Below are positions 22,236 to 27,361 of a stretch of 27,361 nucleotides of DNA, one piece after another. The notes below the pieces were generated by a model, which saw nothing but the letters and a program-made list of their open reading frames with translations, did no database searches and had not been told where the DNA came from. The stretch is from Oopsacas minuta (Eukaryota > Animalia > Porifera), in contig JAKMXF010000091.1 in NCBI GenBank assembly GCA_024704765.1, positions 1-27,361 on the forward strand. The letters are read 5' to 3'. Every line of letters begins with the position of its first letter. Within the stretch, counting starts at the first letter, position 1. The position numbers were made by a program, and so were the translations under genes.

Positions 22236-24262
22236 CTAGATTAACTCTTTTTGAAAGTATGCAAACAAACGCATGTCAATGTTAAGGGCTTTAATTTCCT
22301 CCGATTGTTTGGTTATACAATAAATTAGACGTTCGTTTATTTCTTGTAATTGAACTATTGTTTTTTGAAGTTTTAACATCTCTTTTCCCATTGCTGTCCT
22401 TTCGGAATTACGAATTTGCAGCTCATTTCGTAATCTTAAACATTCGCTAGAATTCTCTGAAATATGGTCATCAATTGGAAATGTATCCACAATAAAATGT
22501 GAGTTTGATCTTTCATTATCAAAAAGCGAATTACGAGTTTGATCTAGCCTATGATCGATTTCATCATCCGAAAGTAAGTCAGGTTTCTCTTCCGTATTAT
22601 GCTGATCACTTCTACGGAGTTTGGAATTGGATCTATTAAGTCTGTCGAATGCGCCAGCTAGTGAGGCACGTGCTCCGACTAAATTACTTGTTTGCACCTG
22701 ATAATTGGGCGATAAAGATTCTAAAACCATACCTGAAAACGATTTTTCATCGAGAGAAACACAAAGTTTGTTAGGCCTGAATATATTTCTTCTCTGGAAA
22801 CAATGGCTACAAAAAGATTGCTTGTCAATATTAGTATCTGATATTGTATTTGGGCTAGAAAACTTCGAAGAAGGTTCTGTTTCTGAAGATACTTGAAAGG
22901 GAAAATATTTTGAAGGATGCTCGGAATTTGATAGATAACTATCCTTCTCTATAGAATCAGGTGAAATATTGTTAAAATGTTCATTCGTTAGTATTTCAGG
23001 ACAAATCTTCATGGTTTGAGATAACTGATTCTTTGTCAAACCGTATCCTATATTAAGTAATTCTTCATTGCTATTATGCTTAAAAAAGTGGTTTAGTTTT
23101 CTTCTCACATGTATGTTCCTTTTATTATCAGCATTCAATTCCCTTACTCCACCCTTAATCCGAGCGCTCATATCTAATTCTTGAATCAGATTTTCAAGTA
23201 GCTGGCTTCTAGCTCTACAGTTTAAATTTGCAAAATGCGGCGATTTATAAGCAGACGCCTCGGCATTAATCATTTTAATTAACAAAAAGATCCTAAATTC
23301 CTCGTTTTTAATATATACAGGAGGATGTGGAAGTGATGGGTTAAATGTTGGACAATCTTCATCCATTACTAGACTAAGTTTATATATAGTTCGAGCGGTT
23401 ATGTCTTTCACCGGTTGTATAACAAATATTGCCTTCAAAAAATGTGATTTGAATGTACCAGGAAGAAAAACAGCATTCTCTTCTTGAAATAATATCGCAA
23501 CAATGTCATTTCCAATATGACGTTTGCGTTGTATCTGTTGGACATCGGTACAATCATATGGTAACAAAGTTGATACATGGAACATAATCTCTCTATCTTG
23601 AAATATTGTATAAATACTTGTCAATCCAGTTAAATCATTCTTGGTATCTAGTCCACCCGAGAAACCAGTAAAATATTTTAAAGAGACTGAATCCCCAAGA
23701 AATGAAAGAAATTCCTGAAACTCTTGCGTTGTGGAACAATTGCTGAGGATTTCTTCTTCAGTTGTTTGCCCGACTCGTTGGAAGAGAATGCCAAACTTGT
23801 GATTTGTATAAATGCTGTGTAAATCGTATTTATGTATTAAATGTGGTGCGTGGGGATGAAAAACATGATGTAGTTTAGTAAAGTTTAAACGAGGCTCTAC
23901 AACATGTGCTATCTCCTCTAATGTTGGTTTATTGAGAAAAACATCAGATGTAAATGATTTATAAATTGTACCACCAATAAATCTTAGTAAAATATGATAC
24001 ATTGTCTTTATGTTGACAAGTTCAAATTTAATTGAAATAACAACTGGGCCAAATTCTTTGTCTCTTATGAAACAGTTGAAATGTTTGAATCTCAAGAAAT
24101 GATCTTGATAAATGGAAGATACTGAATCTTCTTCAATAGATATAAAATCCAGTTCAATCAAAGTAGGAGACCATGTTCCACATGAATGTCTGCCACTATC
24201 GTGGAAACGTCCTTCAATCCAGTATCTACAGTCAATCAGGTCTGCAATCATAAGGGGAAAAT
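22236..24262 (-). CDS. RAP1GAP: Rap1 GTPase-activating protein (RapGAP domain), main exon
   Basis: Intact long ORF containing FPL...YWIEG, YQDHFLRFKHFN (Rap1GAP N-terminal domain), HKFGILFQRVGQTTEEEILSN, FTGFSGGLDTKNDLTG, EIMFHVSTLLPY and QRKRHIGNDIV (catalytic Asn thumb). These are followed by a Ser-rich linker and a C-terminal heptad/coiled-coil segment. Confidence 0.95.
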
Positions 24263-24529
24263 CTATCATAATACAAAAAAGATTTAATGTATCGAGAACA
24301 AGGGTTCTCAAATATGTACTAATCATTCCAAATATAAACCACATGAATCATAAATTCAATCGCACATGCAAATTTCTATTAACACAACAATGCCGACCAA
24401 TTCTGAGCAATATTACGAATTTGAACTGAAAAGTGTGCGCTTCGCATACAAGAGAAAAAATGGAAGCAATGCAAATACGAAATTGGGTTTCAGCGTACTG
24501 TTTCGAATATTGATATGAGGTTACCATAC

Positions 24530-24596
24530 CTATGAAGTACTTAGGGCCCTCAAAAAGTTCGTAACGCGGCACTGTAAATATTCTTTGGCCTTCCAT
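24530..24596 (-). CDS. RAP1GAP: Predicted first coding exon of the Rap1GAP gene
   Basis: ATG at 24596 gives MEGQRIFTVPRYELFEGPKYFI plus G. The donor AG|GTATGG at 24529 and the acceptor TTTTTTGTATTATGATAG| at 24263 are both phase 1. Splicing a 267-nt intron gives ...YFI-D-FPLMIADL and a 697-aa protein. Confidence 0.7.
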
Positions 24597-24841
24597 TTAC
24601 TATCCAGTTAATTTCAATGTTTAGAGGTATGTCTCAACTCTCGTTCAGACTTTGGTTTGATAAAATCTAGCAATTAATTTCAAGTATAAGCTATTTTGCC
24701 ATTGGCATTTATGACGATAGGTGGTTTCTGGCTTCCAAAAGTCATTAAAATATCTACAGAAATATAGAGCTTAGATGAAAATATGTTATTGCTTAATGAT
24801 ATATCAATATACAGTAACTCTTGACGAAGTGCTCGGGACCT

Positions 24842-24860
24842 CACAGTGGGCACAAATGGG
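24842..24860 (+). mobile_element. Candidate Transib-type terminus (CACAGTGGG...)
   Basis: CACAGTGGGCACAAATGGG begins with the RSS heptamer-like CACAGTG typical of Transib TIRs. No matching inverted end was found in the window. Confidence 0.35.
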
Positions 24861-25888
24861 TCCTCTAGTGGAAATAGTCATGTATATAATAGCTACATAA
24901 GTGAAATATTTCACTTATAGTAAATCGATTGGAAAACAAATTTTAAGTACAAGTGGTATTTAACTCGTTTTTGGCTTCATTTCTGACAAATTTGTAGATA
25001 TGATATATTATGGTTGCTTAATTTGTAATATTGGTAACCCATGAGCTTACAAAAATTTCTCATGCAAGGGAGATTATATGGAAATTTTTAGTTTCCAGTG
25101 TGAAATTCCACCTTAATCTATTGCAAGATAGCAAAACTAAGTTGTATAATACGTGCATAATGTATAATACGTTATACGTTATCTATTTGTACATATTTTA
25201 CGTCTAGTTTAATCTCGAAACAGGAGATTTCGACATTTTGAGACTTGTATATCATATAATTATCAAGTAATATAAAATTTGGTCAACTATGCTGAAATTT
25301 CCCATTAACATTTCGAGAATTTCTGTTTTTGTAAAATATCTATTGCAGAAATCAACCCATTCAAGTTAAGTTACCAAAAATTGTAGATTGAACGTATAAT
25401 ACGTATTCATTAAAAGACTTATTAAACAACGCAGTAGCAAAATAAGTTATGAAACGATGTAAATTTTCAAAAACTAACCATTTCAAACAATACCTAGCCA
25501 TTTGGGATCAAATAGGGTGAAATATTTCATGTTGTTGGATGTAAATGATCCATTTCTAATTCTTTCAAGATAAATTATTTAGTCCATCACTCAAAAGAAA
25601 CTAAAACAAGTGATTAAAAATATCTAGTGAATATATGCCGATATTTTAACAGTCCCTTGCCTATGAACATAATAAAATCATTTATGCGCACTTATGCGGG
25701 TCTAATCTATTCTATTTTTTAATGTATGTTCAAAATCTACATGTTAAAACCATTGAGAGTCACGACAAGAAACTATACAACAAGTTGCATCATCAAGTAT
25801 CTTACTGATTGCGTAAAAAGTCTTTTGAATTGTCACTAAGTTTAGATTTTGGATATTAGAAACTAAAAACATAATTGAATTTCAAATA

Positions 25889-25928
25889 TAAATTTGATAA
25901 TTCAATATGCGTTGAATTATCAAATTTA
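25889..25928. repeat. Perfect 17-bp-stem hairpin
   Basis: TAAATTTGATAATTCAA-TATGCG-TTGAATTATCAAATTTA. Confidence 0.9.
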
Positions 25929-26214
25929 CATTTTAAACTCAGGAAGTTTTAATATAAATTCCTCCTTCTAAGGTGTAATTCCTGAAAATACAAGAATCTA
26001 AATCGACATATTTTAATCAACCCCCACAACAAGATTTCTGATCAACAGGAACATGCTAACATTCGTTACCATAACAACCAATAGACTTACTCATTCAGAA
26101 TGAATTAATTTATTTCGTAAAATAATTTAATAATAGCGTAAGTCTTTAATCCAAGTTCGTTAATAAGGAGTTGTCTTTAATAAAATATCAATTTGGGTGG
26201 AATTAGTTTAACTG

Positions 26215-26411
26215 AGGTTGTTATGAGCGGACTTCGTTATAACGGGCTGAAATTGAATAGCTTTAGACCTAAATGTGGTAACAAATAACTTCGGTATAAG
26301 CGGAATTTCGTTGTATCCATCCCTTTATTTCGTAATAAACGGGTTTTATAAAGTAATAGGTTGAAGGATTTATGGAGCATTGGACCACTTCGTTATAACG
26401 GGAGTTTATTG
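26215..26411 (-). mobile_element. pogo-type MITE fragment
   Basis: The reverse complement starts TA|CAATAAACTCCCGTTATAACGAAGTGGTCC, with internal repeats of TTCGTTATAACG. Confidence 0.6.
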
Positions 26412-26829
26412 TATTTGCTCAACAATTTTTACACTAATTAATTTACCGAAGCAATAATAATAATAATAGTTAGCCCAGTGATTCAATTAATCTAGGTGAG
26501 TCTCTTTCCACTGCGTGTTATTCTGTACTTTCTTCACTGCCTGACCCCAATTCATTTCTGCTGGTGCTAGATGTGTGAATACCCTCTTGTAATGGTAAGA
26601 TCCATAGTAGCTATTAACATCAACGTAGAACATGTCCTAGATAGTTCGATCGTAATTTTACTGTGCCGACTATACTTTAGTATAGTGGCCCAGTATTGAA
26701 ATTGCTGCCTATATTTTTCTTATTTTTTTCTCCATAAAAGCCCTGCTGCCAAAAACTAGACAGAATTTAGGAGATATGTGGTGCGAGAAATATTGAGGTA
26801 TTCGTCGGGTGTGCTTCACCCTTTGCTAA

Positions 26830-27361
26830 CACAGGCCTACAAAAAATGTTATATTGCAGTTGTTTATATTTTGATCACTGATTTAGACTAATTTAGGTGC
26901 GCTGATTTGAATATCTAGTGAGTTTTTTCTTATCACGTCAGGTTTTTTCACAACCATATAGCACCATTTTCAGAAAAATCTCGATTTTTGCCAAAAATTC
27001 ATCGTGATTACGTATTACAACAATAACATTATGTACATAGTATATATATTCAAATAGTCTTATTTGCTTATTAGTTTTTAACTAGTCTGTTATTCTTTTT
27101 GTTGATATGTCGAAAAGAAAGTGTTTCAATTCTCCAGACATTTTTTGTTATATTTGTAGTTTCTATACTCCGAAACTTCAGATGCAGAATATTACTGAAT
27201 TTGTGAATAGAGCTTGCCATGCGAATTTCAATGTTAAGCTGGGCGACCAGGACAAAGTTTGGACCTCATAAGGTCTGTAAATCTTGTGTAGAATTATTGA
27301 GGTCTTGGAGTAAGGGTAAAGAGAAACACCTCCCTTTCGGAATTCCTATGATTTGGAGAGA
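26830..27361 (+). mobile_element. Chapaev3 transposon, 5' part (TIR plus Cys-rich N-terminal Chapa-type domain)
   Basis: TAA|CACAGGCCTACA TIR. From ATG 27107: MSKRKCFNSPDIFCYICSFY...KLGDQDKVW(frameshift)PHKVCKSCVELLRSWSKGKEKHLPFGIPMIWR, running off the window end. Confidence 0.9.

Noticed and set aside
5433-24596. Remaining short ORFs in the track (e.g. 5433-5651, 6183-6365, 6456-6833, 18739-18969, 22705-22896, 24112-24429)
   Set aside because: They are antisense shadows of the transposase or RapGAP frames, or random AT-rich ORFs, many with non-ATG starts.

Overview
AT-rich eukaryotic DNA (about one-third GC by eye; probably a compact invertebrate genome, though the taxon cannot be fixed from sequence alone). 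The window holds four contigs joined by single N bases at 7891, 11535 and 16437. One intact host gene is present: a Rap1GAP homologue on the minus strand. Its real N-terminus appears to be a 67-nt first exon (24596-24530) spliced to a long second exon (24262-22236). The rest is decayed transposable elements. These include a Transib/RAG1-like transposase pseudogene with a RAG1-NBD-like N-terminal segment (5146-6819), which is cut by a DD34D mariner. There is also a second mariner, a pogo/Tigger element with its own internal-deletion MITE, a Chapaev3 element, a 163-bp solo LTR, Gypsy RT and integrase relics, and Harbinger-, hAT- and pogo-type MITE fragments. Three different elements are each split across contig ends in a way that fits only if the true contig order is the reverse of the given one (16438-27361, then 11536-16436, then 7892-11534, then 1-7890). 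No prokaryotic systems, CRISPR arrays, tRNAs or rRNAs were found.
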